IMG/VR virus record: IMGVR_UViG_3300042868_009074
Location: 186,001 to 250,000 of that record
Length of the DNA stretch: 64,000 nucleotides
Reading direction: 5' to 3' (one strand)
This document shows positions 45,488-55,810 of this stretch, piece after piece. Each line of letters opens with the position of its first letter. Within the stretch, counting starts at the first letter, position 1. The translations under genes were made by a program, and so were the position numbers. Under the pieces are notes generated by a model. That model ran no database searches. It worked only from the letters and a program-made list of their open reading frames with translations, and was not told the DNA's origin.

Positions 45488-47410
45488 ATGTCTAAAAATA
45501 TAACCTATTCTATTGAGCAAACAGAGTCAACTATTGTAGCTCGCTCTACTGTAAAATCTTTTAACTTAGATCATGTGACAGATAAAGATATTACTTCTTA
45601 TTATCGTCAGATTTCTAACCAGGCTTTATTTGACACCGGTCTTTTGCCCCTTAATGGAACTGGAATTCTTTCTATCCGTTCTGCAGGACGGCATACTCAG
45701 ATAGCTTTCCAGCATGCTCCAGCATTGGCTTACATTAACTGGGGTGCTAACGAAGGAGACCGAAACGCTAAAGCCTATTTGCTTGCTCAGCCTTATCGTA
45801 TTTGGGTAGCAGATCTTTTAGACGGCAATCTATACGGTGCTAGAATGTTCTATAGCCCTTATCCAATCAGCCATCCTGATCAGCCTCTTTATCATATCAA
45901 CCTTCCTAACACTAACTGCAAGGGTTATCGTGGTAATGGTGTAGGTTGGCAATGCTTGTATCACAATGAAGACTGGACTAACATTTCTTTTAACGATAAA
46001 GTTAATAAGTTGATTCAACGTTGTTCAGGCATTGAAGCATACAACGATGCTAACATGTCAGAGACTGATGGTCCTAGGTTTTATCGTGAAAACAATAAAC
46101 CAGAATACCTTTGGAACCCATCTGCTTGGCAAGAAAAATCTCAAGAAGAAGGATTAGACTGGACTCTTGATGAAGATATGTGGATTCCTATTCTTGTTAA
46201 AGATATGGATAACCAAGACAAGCACTACGATGATGGTCAACCATTAACATTTGCAATGGCTTTGTTAGGTAACTATAATTCTTACTACAATGATAACTAT
46301 CACCCTAAGCTTATCAACGCTTTTGCTCGTACTGATATTGATATTCCTACAGACCAAGTATTTAATGTCTTTGTACAAGCTCACAACTCTGCTAAAACTG
46401 AACCTCAAAAGCTAGATCAGTTTAATGCTGCTGCTTTAAGCAAGGTAAAGATTGCAGAAACTTTTGTACAACCTTCGCTATTCAATTCACCAGACGATGA
46501 TAATGATAACACGTTTACTTGCCCAGGATGTGAAGAATCTTATTCTGAAGATAATGAAGAGTTCTTTGCTGATCCTAAAGGATCTAACTGGTGTCAAAGT
46601 TGCTTCCAAGAAAATTGGGTTTATTGTGAAAACGTAGATACTTATCTTCATGCAGAAGATGATGATGCTGTTTACATGGAAGCTTATTCTTATTATGTAG
46701 ATGCCAAGAAAGCAACTATAAAAGAATGTAACCATTGCGACATGTCTTATTGGATCACTAAAGATTCTACTGAATCATTTCCGTTCTATCAGTTTCAATC
46801 GCAAAAAGAAGACGTTGATTTAGTTGATTGTTGTCCATCATGTTTTAACGAACAAGCAGCTGAACATCTTCCTGATCTTCTTCCTTCTGGATTAAACCCT
46901 TACAGTAAAAAGCCTGTTTACACTAAGAACCATGCTGTATGTTCTGGTTGTAATGTTGGTATATTTGTGGATGTTCCTGAGCTTGCTCACACTTATGTAA
47001 GCGTTCCTTCTTTGTTTCATCATAACGCTAACTTTTGGGAAGACATTGAAATTGATATTTCTACGTTTACTTTAGCCAGTCAAAAGTTTTGTTTACAATG
47101 TGCAAAGAAACAACACTATTGTCCTTCTGGACATTGGACTGACAAGAGTAATATTTCGATAATGCCTTTTGTCTCTACTCCTTTTGTTAATTCTAAAGGC
47201 GATGAAATAATTCTTAAAATAAAAGAAGTTTGTCAAGGATGTTTAAACTCTAAATATGATTTAGATGATCCTGTTAAATCTTTGTTTACTCATACTCATT
47301 ATTATTACAGAGCTTTGAGTTCAGTTTACTACGACCTTCATCCACAATATTCTACTACATTTGAATTGTTCAATACTGACGGTTCAGATTACAGTCCAGA
47401 ACCTTTTTAA
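45488..47410 (+). CDS. Prokaryotic E2-like (family D / PRTRC B-like) protein with C-terminal multi-zinc-finger region
   Basis: DTGLLP, LAQPYRIW, DQPLYHINLPNTN...GVGWQCL; many CxxC pairs after residue ~340. Confidence 0.7.
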   Translation: MSKNITYSIEQTESTIVARSTVKSFNLDHVTDKDITSYYRQISNQALFDTGLLPLNGTGILSIRSAGRHTQIAFQHAPALAYINWGANEGDRNAKAYLLAQPYRIWVADLLDGNLYGARMFYSPYPISHPDQPLYHINLPNTNCKGYRGNGVGWQCLYHNEDWTNISFNDKVNKLIQRCSGIEAYNDANMSETDGPRFYRENNKPEYLWNPSAWQEKSQEEGLDWTLDEDMWIPILVKDMDNQDKHYDDGQPLTFAMALLGNYNSYYNDNYHPKLINAFARTDIDIPTDQVFNVFVQAHNSAKTEPQKLDQFNAAALSKVKIAETFVQPSLFNSPDDDNDNTFTCPGCEESYSEDNEEFFADPKGSNWCQSCFQENWVYCENVDTYLHAEDDDAVYMEAYSYYVDAKKATIKECNHCDMSYWITKDSTESFPFYQFQSQKEDVDLVDCCPSCFNEQAAEHLPDLLPSGLNPYSKKPVYTKNHAVCSGCNVGIFVDVPELAHTYVSVPSLFHHNANFWEDIEIDISTFTLASQKFCLQCAKKQHYCPSGHWTDKSNISIMPFVSTPFVNSKGDEIILKIKEVCQGCLNSKYDLDDPVKSLFTHTHYYYRALSSVYYDLHPQYSTTFELFNTDGSDYSPEPF

Positions 47411-47450
47411 AATTTAAAACTACAACTACAAATATACTATTGGAGAAATT

Positions 47451-49151
47451 ATGTCTAATAAAATTAAAGAACCAGTTACTCTAGATGATCTAGACTACTT
47501 CTGGATGACTAACGGAGCACCATGTTTTATGGCTGACCGTGAAGACATCTGTGAAGTAGTTGAGTCTCTAGGTTTTCAGATCTATTACTTAATCGCTGAT
47601 CTTGCAATTAATAAAGAAGTTAAAGGCAAAGATAAACAATTTAAAGAAATTACGTGGATTGAGACTACTCATAAAGCCCGAGTTCTTAAAGTTGTTAATA
47701 ACATTATTGGTCGTTCTGTTTCAGAAACAGATGATGAATTTGGACAAGACATTCTTTCTTCAGTAGAAGAATCTGCAACATACAACATGCCAAAGATTCC
47801 TAAAGTTATTGTTAAAAAGTTAGACGAGTTCTTTAGATTAGTGCACGCTCAGCACGGCACCGAGTCTATAGTCATCTTAACTTTTGATCCTAATGTAAAC
47901 ACATCTGATGGTTGGGGTGTCTTGGTTCCTGAACAGACTAATACTCCAGCACACTGCAAGTATGACGCTGAGTCCATTGTTGATCTTAAACCTGACCATG
48001 TAATCATTGTTGGCTCAGTCCACAGTCATCCTGAGATGGCAGCATACGCCTCTGGGACCGATCATGAGGACCAAGCAGACTTCGATGGGGTCCACATCAC
48101 CTACGGCTGGATGAAGACCAAGAACGGTGGAGCTACTGAGTATCATGCAGAGATGCAAATGAACGGTACTGCTTATCTTTTGAATATTGAAGATGTCTTT
48201 GAAGACACTACTGAAATTAAAGATCCAGATCCTCAAGTTGTTGAATGGTCCGGCAAAGTAAAAAAAGTATCCCCCCCGCCGTACAAAGCGGGGGTTACAC
48301 CACAGGCTACCCAAGCCCTGCCAACTGGTCAGGCTCAGGGTCTAGTGTCGGGACATACGGGCACTACTGGGATTAACTATTACGGTGGACGTTCTGTTCC
48401 ATCTCGTAAGCAAACAATCCCTTTTCAAATGGATGAATACGATGGTCAACTCGTTGCCGAGATTGACACTTCTTCAAATGTTTCAATGACCTGTCCTTCT
48501 TGTGAACTATATCTATTTAAAGCAGACGTTGAAGGACATGGCTTTTGTCCAGCTTGTGACATCCCATTAGCTCCTAAAAATGCTTCTCTTAAATCTATTG
48601 AATTTGCAGTTAATTATCATCTTGTCAATCGTTCTAAAGAAACAGGATGTGCCTATTACCTTTGGTGTAAAGACGATAAGAATGAAAACTTTCTTATTCA
48701 AATTAAACCAGATGAATTAGATAGTCGTGACATTTCAATCGGTTCTAGAATAGATGAATTCGAAGAGTATGGTGATGCTGATCAAGCTGGCTTATCTCTT
48801 CTTAAAGAATCAGATGGCTTGTTCTTTTATGCAGAAGACGTAACATTATGTTGTGCGTGTCCTGCTGACAGAGCATGGACTGAATGCAAGTGTGCACCTA
48901 CGGTTTACTGGGAAGACATTGAAAGATTTGAAATAGCAGCAAACAATACAGAAAAATATGTTGCTGATTCAATTTGTCAAACATGTGCTTTCTATTGTCT
49001 TCCTGAATGTGATTCTTATAGAAACAACATTATTGAATTTATTTCTACACAACAGTTGCCATCCAAAGCAATAGATGGCTGTGATTCTTGGGTTGATTTT
49101 TCCAAGGTTGCTAACGATATAGATAGCGGTATTTATGACACATACAGATAA
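47451..49151 (+). CDS. JAB/MPN metalloisopeptidase (PRTRC A-like) with C-terminal zinc fingers
   Basis: GTESIV (catalytic E), VPEQ, GSVHSHPEMAAYASGTD (HxH-x7-S-x2-D), DGVHITYG. Confidence 0.9.
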   Translation: MSNKIKEPVTLDDLDYFWMTNGAPCFMADREDICEVVESLGFQIYYLIADLAINKEVKGKDKQFKEITWIETTHKARVLKVVNNIIGRSVSETDDEFGQDILSSVEESATYNMPKIPKVIVKKLDEFFRLVHAQHGTESIVILTFDPNVNTSDGWGVLVPEQTNTPAHCKYDAESIVDLKPDHVIIVGSVHSHPEMAAYASGTDHEDQADFDGVHITYGWMKTKNGGATEYHAEMQMNGTAYLLNIEDVFEDTTEIKDPDPQVVEWSGKVKKVSPPPYKAGVTPQATQALPTGQAQGLVSGHTGTTGINYYGGRSVPSRKQTIPFQMDEYDGQLVAEIDTSSNVSMTCPSCELYLFKADVEGHGFCPACDIPLAPKNASLKSIEFAVNYHLVNRSKETGCAYYLWCKDDKNENFLIQIKPDELDSRDISIGSRIDEFEEYGDADQAGLSLLKESDGLFFYAEDVTLCCACPADRAWTECKCAPTVYWEDIERFEIAANNTEKYVADSICQTCAFYCLPECDSYRNNIIEFISTQQLPSKAIDGCDSWVDFSKVANDIDSGIYDTYR

Positions 49152-49899
49152 TTCTCCTAGAAGAGTAGTTCTTGTTGGTGCCGGTGGCATTGGCACTTGG
49201 CTTGCTGAAGGCGTAGCTCGAATGCTAGAGTGGAAATTTCCTGGCTCTGCATTGATTCTTGTTGACGGTGATAACTATGAACAAAAGAATTTAGAACGTC
49301 AGAACTTTAAACAGATGGGCAACAAGGCTTCAGTTAAAGCTTTGGAACTTACTCCTTCATTTCCAAACACAATGTTTATTCCAGTCCCTAAATGGGTTGT
49401 TGATGATAACTTTGCTGGAGTAACAGATGAAGAATCTCCAAAGATTAAAGCTTCTGAGCTAATCACTGAAGGAGATATTGTTCTTGCAGTAGTAGATAAC
49501 TTTGCTGCACGCAAAATCTTGTTCGATGCGGCATCTAAACTTGATAATGTTGACGTCTTTACTGGTGGCAATGATGATGACCTTTTTGGTTCTATCTATC
49601 ATTATCAACGCAGAGATGCTAAAGATGTTACTGAGCATCCAGTAACCTTTCATCCAGAGTATGAGAGTCCACCAGATAAAAACCCCGGTGAGATGTCTTG
49701 TCAAGAACGAGCAGAAGTAAATGGTGGAACCCAGTTACTTGCAACTAACATGGCAGTTGCAGCTTTTATTCTTGGTCGTATTCACAAAACAATTGTGAAC
49801 AACCAAAACCCCGAAGAGTCTGAGATTTACTTTGATCTCGGCGTCGGTAAATCAGAACCATATAACCGTATGGTTCAATTAGTACCACTACCAGTATAA
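49135..49899 (+). CDS. ThiF/E1-like adenylating enzyme
   Basis: VVLVGAGGIG, LVDGDNYEQKNLERQ, NKA, AVVDNFAAR, candidate catalytic Cys in EMSCQE, ATNMAVA. Confidence 0.93.
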   Translation: MTHTDNSPRRVVLVGAGGIGTWLAEGVARMLEWKFPGSALILVDGDNYEQKNLERQNFKQMGNKASVKALELTPSFPNTMFIPVPKWVVDDNFAGVTDEESPKIKASELITEGDIVLAVVDNFAARKILFDAASKLDNVDVFTGGNDDDLFGSIYHYQRRDAKDVTEHPVTFHPEYESPPDKNPGEMSCQERAEVNGGTQLLATNMAVAAFILGRIHKTIVNNQNPEESEIYFDLGVGKSEPYNRMVQLVPLPV

Positions 49900-49916
49900 T
49901 AGGAGAATCTATTACT

Positions 49917-50168
49917 ATGAATAATCAATCATCATCAGCTTCGGCTGCGTCTTCTTCTGGCGTAGCTAACGTCAGATTTGGCGTTTACAGTCAGCCAACA
50001 CCAGTTGCTGGCAAAAGCGTTAAAGAAGTTCGCGAGCAATTCAGCAAGTTGTGGGGAATCCCCAACGACGCAATTGCTTACAAGGGCAAGGATAAGCTTG
50101 ACGAAGACTATGTCGTTCAGCCAAGTGACAACCTTGAGTTCCATCGCCGTGCCGGCGAAAAGGGCTAA
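49917..50168 (+). CDS. Ubiquitin-like beta-grasp protein (PRTRC C-like)
   Basis: GKSVKEVRE...DYVVQPSDNLEFHRRAGEKG; C-terminal Gly; AGGAG RBS. Confidence 0.85.
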   Translation: MNNQSSSASAASSSGVANVRFGVYSQPTPVAGKSVKEVREQFSKLWGIPNDAIAYKGKDKLDEDYVVQPSDNLEFHRRAGEKG

Positions 50169-50284
50169 CTAACCCTTGCAAAGATCGTGGGGGAGGATGT
50201 ACTAAACTTCTTACTTGATGTAGTACAGCTTCCCCCACTCTTACATTTTTTACAAAGGCCCCCACTTATTTTAAAGGTATCCTA

Positions 50285-51907
50285 ATGCTATTCTCCCAAA
50301 TTAAACTTGGAGTTCCTTCTATTTGGCTTAAGACTACTGATTATGCTAGAACCACAGAGTCTCTTATCAAGTTTAATCAACGCTCTTTCTACACTATAGA
50401 TCCCCTTAAAGGTTATGCTAAGTTCATAGACAATGAATGGAAGAGCATACTAGTCCAAATGCCTGATCCTCAAAACCCAGAGGAACTTCGTGAGACTACA
50501 ACTTTTGATTTTACTGTAGCTTACACTCATCTTCTTGACCAGTTAAACACTAACAAAGAATCTGCTACATTTTTATATTCTGTTTACACTAAACCAGAAG
50601 CAATGATGGAAATGTTTTCTGGATTGATCTCCATGAACAACACTCAATATCGTTCTGCTTTTTGGTCTGATGATCTTGAACAAATGCCTCTTCAGTTGGT
50701 GTTTATGTCTTGGTTTGATTGTCCAGAAGATTTTAAAAACATGTTTTATCTTTCTGATTTTGAAGAACCAAACCTTGAAGAACTCGCAACTATTATTAAT
50801 CACATAGATGATTCTTCTGGTAACACTCTTGTTGATCAGGGATCTCTTCCTGCAATTGCTAAAGCCGCAATTGGTTTGACAGAATCTGATTTCATTAATG
50901 TTTGTCTTAATTCTGTTCTTGAAAATGGAAAGATTGATCCAGATTATATTTATAATTTTAAGATGGCCGACATTAAAAAGAATGGCATTCTTGAAATCAT
51001 TCGTCCTAAGACTACCTTTGATAATATTGGTGGTCTTGATAACATTAAAGAACTTATTACTCGCAACGCTGTTCTTTGGCATAATCCAGAAAAAGCTGCT
51101 GAGTTTGGGATTAGTCCTATCCGTCGTATTCTTATGGTTGGCGTTCCCGGTACTGGTAAATCAGCTATTTGTGAAGCAACTGCTAATGCACTAGGGCTTG
51201 ATCTTGCTCGTACTGGTGTTAGCCAAGTTATGAATTCTTACATTGGTCAATCAGAGCAAAACATGCGTACTGTCTTTAAACAGATTAGTGTTATGGCTCC
51301 GTTGTGCGTTTGGATTGATGAGTTTGGTCGAGACATGTCTGGTGGTCAAAGCTCTGGACAAGTCGACGGCGGTACTACTGACCGTGTTCATGGTGAGTTC
51401 CTTACTGGTTTACAAGAGCTTCCTGATAACGTCTTCTTGATGTGTGCTGCCAATCAGCTTGATCATCTTAAACCAGAAATGCTACGAGCTGATCGTTTTG
51501 ACAAGATCATGTTTGTTGGTCTTCCTTCTTTTAATGAGCGTATGTCCATCCTTGATATTTATCTTCAAGGAATTAAAACAGATCACGTTTTTGATCTTGA
51601 AGAGCTAGCTCATGCTACTCAATACTTTACTGGTGCAGAGATGAAGTCTTTGATTAAAGAAGTTAAGTTTAACGTTTCTTCTGCCGAACTTCGTCCAATC
51701 AATACCCGTGATATTCTGGCTTATGCTCCGAAGCAGAGAAATATTCTTTGGAATAAGAGTCGTCAAATGATTCAAGATCTCTACGTCACTGCTATAGAGC
51801 AATGGGACTGGGCCTCGACAGATCAATTTAATGATGCTAAACTAATAGTTAGCGGTGAATCTAAAACAACAAATGCACCTGCAAAAGCCAGTGGCTTTAA
51901 ATGGTAA
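50285..51907 (+). CDS. AAA+ ATPase (Ycf46/Cdc48-clade, degenerate N-terminal module plus intact C-terminal module)
   Basis: FDNIGGLDNIK, GVPGTGKS, YIGQSE, WIDEFG, AANQ, MLRADRFD, FTGAEM. Confidence 0.92.
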   Translation: MLFSQIKLGVPSIWLKTTDYARTTESLIKFNQRSFYTIDPLKGYAKFIDNEWKSILVQMPDPQNPEELRETTTFDFTVAYTHLLDQLNTNKESATFLYSVYTKPEAMMEMFSGLISMNNTQYRSAFWSDDLEQMPLQLVFMSWFDCPEDFKNMFYLSDFEEPNLEELATIINHIDDSSGNTLVDQGSLPAIAKAAIGLTESDFINVCLNSVLENGKIDPDYIYNFKMADIKKNGILEIIRPKTTFDNIGGLDNIKELITRNAVLWHNPEKAAEFGISPIRRILMVGVPGTGKSAICEATANALGLDLARTGVSQVMNSYIGQSEQNMRTVFKQISVMAPLCVWIDEFGRDMSGGQSSGQVDGGTTDRVHGEFLTGLQELPDNVFLMCAANQLDHLKPEMLRADRFDKIMFVGLPSFNERMSILDIYLQGIKTDHVFDLEELAHATQYFTGAEMKSLIKEVKFNVSSAELRPINTRDILAYAPKQRNILWNKSRQMIQDLYVTAIEQWDWASTDQFNDAKLIVSGESKTTNAPAKASGFKW

Positions 51908-51927
51908 CAACAATATAAAGGATAAAT

Positions 51928-52554
51928 ATGTCTGAAGAATTTTCTTATCACGATGATTCATACAACCCTGAAGCTGCAATTGATGCATCTACTGGTGAAG
52001 TTCAAAAAACTTATGATAAAGATCTATACAAGAAATGGTTTCGTTCTAAAACTCAGAGTGGATTTCTTTCAATCCGTCCTTGGTTTCAGGGTCTAAAGCT
52101 TCGTATTGATATTGGTAAGACTTCTTCAGACGGCAAGCTTATGAGCAGCACTAATGTGTTTGTTGATGTAGTAGACTTTGGTGCCTATCTCAAGGCTATT
52201 ACTACAGGCACTGCAGCTCTTGGCTATCCAGCCAATGAAAGAACTGGTGTACCTAGTGCTGAAGGATTTGTTTCTTATGGTGGTGCTAAAATAAATGGCA
52301 AACCAGTAAGTAGAATATTTAAATCTCATTATTGGCAAAATGGAGATGTCTTTGATTCTAACAACTTTGTATTTAAGACTGGTCACTTTGAAGCTCGTAT
52401 GGCTGAGTCCGGAGCTTTCATTCCAGATATGAAGAATATTATTTCTTTTGATTCAATTAAAGTAACTCGTCAAGATATCCACTCTATTTCTTATATGGTT
52501 GATCTGGCTATGGCTTCTCATGTAGCTAATAAATCAGATTGGTATGAGGTCTGA
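51928..52554 (+). CDS. Hypothetical protein
   Basis: AAAGGA RBS; 208 aa. Confidence 0.8.
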   Translation: MSEEFSYHDDSYNPEAAIDASTGEVQKTYDKDLYKKWFRSKTQSGFLSIRPWFQGLKLRIDIGKTSSDGKLMSSTNVFVDVVDFGAYLKAITTGTAALGYPANERTGVPSAEGFVSYGGAKINGKPVSRIFKSHYWQNGDVFDSNNFVFKTGHFEARMAESGAFIPDMKNIISFDSIKVTRQDIHSISYMVDLAMASHVANKSDWYEV

Positions 52555-52954
52555 TATGGAAAATATAGAAGAAGAATTTCTTGAACTTCCTCCTTTGACT
52601 GAGATAGAAGAACTTAAAAGACTTCTTAACGAATTAGTTATAGGACTTGCTGCTAAGTTTGATGAGAAAATAAATCAGATTGAAAAGACCATGGAAGATT
52701 ATGAGAAGCAGTCTGCTACTCTTATAGTTGGTTTTGGTGAACAAGCAGTATTCCTTGAGGCCTTAATGGGTCAACTCCAGTTTGCTACATCTGAAGCACA
52801 AAAAGATTTTCACGATACTCTTAACAACAGTAGAAAACAAATGTTGAACATTATGAAAGATGGTGCTCGTGATCTCGTGGCCGATGAAAATGAAGGACTT
52901 GCCTCAGCCATTGAAGACGTGGTTGACTCAAAGTCAACTGACACCCCCAATTAA
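52544..52954 (+). CDS. Acidic coiled-coil protein
   Basis: GAGG RBS; heptad pattern. Confidence 0.75.
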   Translation: MRSDMENIEEEFLELPPLTEIEELKRLLNELVIGLAAKFDEKINQIEKTMEDYEKQSATLIVGFGEQAVFLEALMGQLQFATSEAQKDFHDTLNNSRKQMLNIMKDGARDLVADENEGLASAIEDVVDSKSTDTPN

Positions 52955-53147
52955 TTCTGCTTGTGTTCTGTTGGTAGATAAAGAATCTTATCCATTCATT
53001 AATACACTACCATCTTTAAATAAGATTTATCCTTTTGTTAAATCTTTGCATCCTGACATGCTTTCCCTGCATGTTATATCTTCGTCCGTTTCTTTCTTCA
53101 TTAAAAATAATGTCTTAGAACTACACACAGTAGAGGTAATAAAATGA
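52860..53147 (+). CDS. Small hypothetical protein (start uncertain)
   Basis: Fills the gap and ends in an ATGA overlap with the next gene. Confidence 0.5.
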   Translation: MVLVISWPMKMKDLPQPLKTWLTQSQLTPPINSACVLLVDKESYPFINTLPSLNKIYPFVKSLHPDMLSLHVISSSVSFFIKNNVLELHTVEVIK

Positions 53148-53764
53148 TTACAGTCATTGATACTTTAGAACAGTTTAATGATCGTTTTATTAATTTTAAC
53201 GATTCTCAAAGAACTGATTTCTTTCTTCCTTTAGACTCAATGGTTAATGATGCCCTTGTCAATAACCGGATTGAAGAACTTAGAATAATATTAGAAGATA
53301 ATGATAATTCTTATTCTTATTATGAGGATTTGTATAACTTAAATTACAGTCCTTTAACAGAACACCAGTACATATCTAATTATTCTTTACTCTATCCTTA
53401 TTCTAAAAATAATTTTATTAAACAGTTCTTTAATGATATGCTTCCTAGCTTATCTAATCATGTTTTATCTTACATGAAAACAACTTCTAGAATTGTCCAG
53501 ATTGGTGCTGGAAAAGGCAAAGGCCTTATGCTTAATCCTGTTTCTTTCACCGAAGACGATCTTCAGTTTTTAAAACCATTACAATATCAGCATGTTATTG
53601 AAGCTATGGTTAACGTCACAGCTTTAGTTAATAACCAACAAGCAGATATTAAATTCCTTCTTGACCAAAATCAAGAACTACAAACTACTAATACTATTTT
53701 ATCCCTTGAACACCAAGCAATGAATAACGCTCGAGTTCAGGATTATCTAACTACTTGGAGATAA
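53144..53764 (+). CDS. Hypothetical protein with C-terminal coiled coil
   Basis: GAGG RBS; 206 aa. Confidence 0.75.
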   Translation: MITVIDTLEQFNDRFINFNDSQRTDFFLPLDSMVNDALVNNRIEELRIILEDNDNSYSYYEDLYNLNYSPLTEHQYISNYSLLYPYSKNNFIKQFFNDMLPSLSNHVLSYMKTTSRIVQIGAGKGKGLMLNPVSFTEDDLQFLKPLQYQHVIEAMVNVTALVNNQQADIKFLLDQNQELQTTNTILSLEHQAMNNARVQDYLTTWR

Positions 53765-54669
53765 CTACTATGTCTAATTTCATTGTTCAAGATGAAAAAA
53801 CTATTCTCTATCCTACTCAACCTTGGGATGGCTCAATAGAAAACTGCATTATTCTTATTGAAGACAAAGATATGATTCCTGGCACTGTGCGCTGGGATAC
53901 TACAGCTACTGGGTTTATGTTTTATAATCTTCCAGAATATTCTACAATTTCTTCTATTAGCGATAGCCTTCTTCAAGTATACAATAAGTTTGTAATTCCT
54001 GGAAAATTTGCCAATGTCCCTTCTCCCAATGACAGCATTCCTAACTGGGCAACTTTTAACCCTGAAGACAAATCTTTCTATTTAAGATTTGATTTAGTTT
54101 TTAATATTAGAACAGACTATTCTTCTGTTTCTACTTGTAAGTTTTACACTAACCCTCATAGCAGCTTTTCTTCAGATGAATACCAGTATGCTAATAAATC
54201 AAAAGGCGACATTTGCTCTGAGCCAGTACTAAATGCCAAGTCTAGCGGCGTTGCTTATTGCCCTTATTACCAAAACTTGTTCGCTGATATGCCAGCACAT
54301 TCTTGCCAAGGTTACTCTGCTGACAGTAAGATTCTTTCTTTGACAAATCTTTCTTCTAGGCATTCTGAAAATAAAATTAATATTACTGTTACTCAATCCA
54401 GAATGGATGCAGGTAAAACGGTCAATATTTTATTTAAAGATCAAATAAATAACACTGTATTTCATGACATTAAATTTAGTTCTTTAGATAAAGACCAATT
54501 AGATTCCATACCTACTATGGTTCAATCTATCCTTGATGAAATATTAGAATCATATAAAAACGATTTTAATATTGATACACAAGATGTTATTTCGCAAGTA
54601 GTTAAAATAGAAAGAAAAAGTTTCATATCTTCTCTTATAGAAAGAGAGAATCAAGATGTCTACATTTAA
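53755..54669 (+). CDS. Hypothetical protein with Cys cluster
   Basis: 304 aa; CKFY...ICSE...YCPYY...SCQGY. Confidence 0.75.
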   Translation: MEITTMSNFIVQDEKTILYPTQPWDGSIENCIILIEDKDMIPGTVRWDTTATGFMFYNLPEYSTISSISDSLLQVYNKFVIPGKFANVPSPNDSIPNWATFNPEDKSFYLRFDLVFNIRTDYSSVSTCKFYTNPHSSFSSDEYQYANKSKGDICSEPVLNAKSSGVAYCPYYQNLFADMPAHSCQGYSADSKILSLTNLSSRHSENKINITVTQSRMDAGKTVNILFKDQINNTVFHDIKFSSLDKDQLDSIPTMVQSILDEILESYKNDFNIDTQDVISQVVKIERKSFISSLIERENQDVYI

Positions 54670-55810
54670 TATCTATAAACAATATGATGATAACCTTTAT
54701 TATCTATCTTTGATTTCTGATCGTTTTCAAAGACAAAATTCTGAATACTACAGATTCTCATCTCATCTTGGAATTATTTCTTTAGATCAAGTTCAAGAAA
54801 ATATTAATTCGTTTCCAAAGAACCGGTTAATAGATTCTCTTAGCGGTCCTTATCCAATAGCTGTTCGTTATATGGATAAAGGAGTATTCCTTGTTGAAAG
54901 GCCTCCTTTCCAAATGAAGATTGACTACTCACCTACTAAGAGCAATCGTGTTCGCCGTCCAATTAAACCAGTTACAGTCTGGGTCCCCTGGACTGTTTCT
55001 GTTTATAATTTATCTGCAGATGTAAACACAATGATCAACTCTTACAAGATATATTTTAACGACTCTTCTATATCTTCATTAGAAGATCGTTTAGTTACTA
55101 ACTATTTTTGTAATGTTTATGGTGATGGCAAAATTTGTTTAGGCCGTTCTGCTCAAGGTATCCAAGATAAATTACAAAATAATCAGATTACAGACTTTGC
55201 TACTTTACATTCTTATATGTTTAATGAATACTTTTCTGGTGGATGGAATACTGACTTAGGTTCTAATTTGTATTCTTTAATGAGAAGTATAGATTCTTCT
55301 TACATGATCAAAGATTACATTAATCTTTCTGATTCCTCAATCGATGCAAGAGCTAAAAAATTAAAGTTGAAGTTCTTTAAATCTCATCATCCTGCTTATG
55401 AGATAGCTAACTCTTTTTATAATCTTTCTCTTTTATCTCTTGAAGAAACTTTGAACATGGTTACTGAAGTAAAACAAAAGCATTTTCATCAAGTTAAACC
55501 AATTAGTTCTATTGCAGCTACTGACGTAGATAGTTCTGTAGATCATTATGTTGATCCAATAAATTTTACAGATAATTATTCTAACAATTATTGTGTTGTA
55601 AAACTTGTTTTAGATAACAGTCTTAACGCTACTAATCTTAATAGCCGTGATATCCCTTCTGAAATATTGCAGTTCTTTAAAGAAAACTCCTACGATATTA
55701 TGGATCAAGTTTACGAAAGCTATAATTCTAGAAACTCAATGTCTATTGAATTAAATTATCAAATTCCTCTTATTTCTCCTTCTACAATTGAGGAGCAGGT
55801 GAATGTATAA
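54656..55810 (+). CDS. Prokaryotic E2-like (family D) paralogue 2
   Basis: LVERPP, VWVPWTV, NYFCNVYGDGKICLG, WNTDL. Confidence 0.7.
   Translation: MSTFNIYKQYDDNLYYLSLISDRFQRQNSEYYRFSSHLGIISLDQVQENINSFPKNRLIDSLSGPYPIAVRYMDKGVFLVERPPFQMKIDYSPTKSNRVRRPIKPVTVWVPWTVSVYNLSADVNTMINSYKIYFNDSSISSLEDRLVTNYFCNVYGDGKICLGRSAQGIQDKLQNNQITDFATLHSYMFNEYFSGGWNTDLGSNLYSLMRSIDSSYMIKDYINLSDSSIDARAKKLKLKFFKSHHPAYEIANSFYNLSLLSLEETLNMVTEVKQKHFHQVKPISSIAATDVDSSVDHYVDPINFTDNYSNNYCVVKLVLDNSLNATNLNSRDIPSEILQFFKENSYDIMDQVYESYNSRNSMSIELNYQIPLISPSTIEEQVNV

Noticed and set aside
49135-50168. Simple ThiF/ThiS or MoeB/MoaD sulfur-relay pair
   Set aside because: No thiamine, Moco or cysteine biosynthesis genes, the Ubl ends KG rather than GG, and the E2-like and JAB neighbours favour conjugation. 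Not formally excluded.
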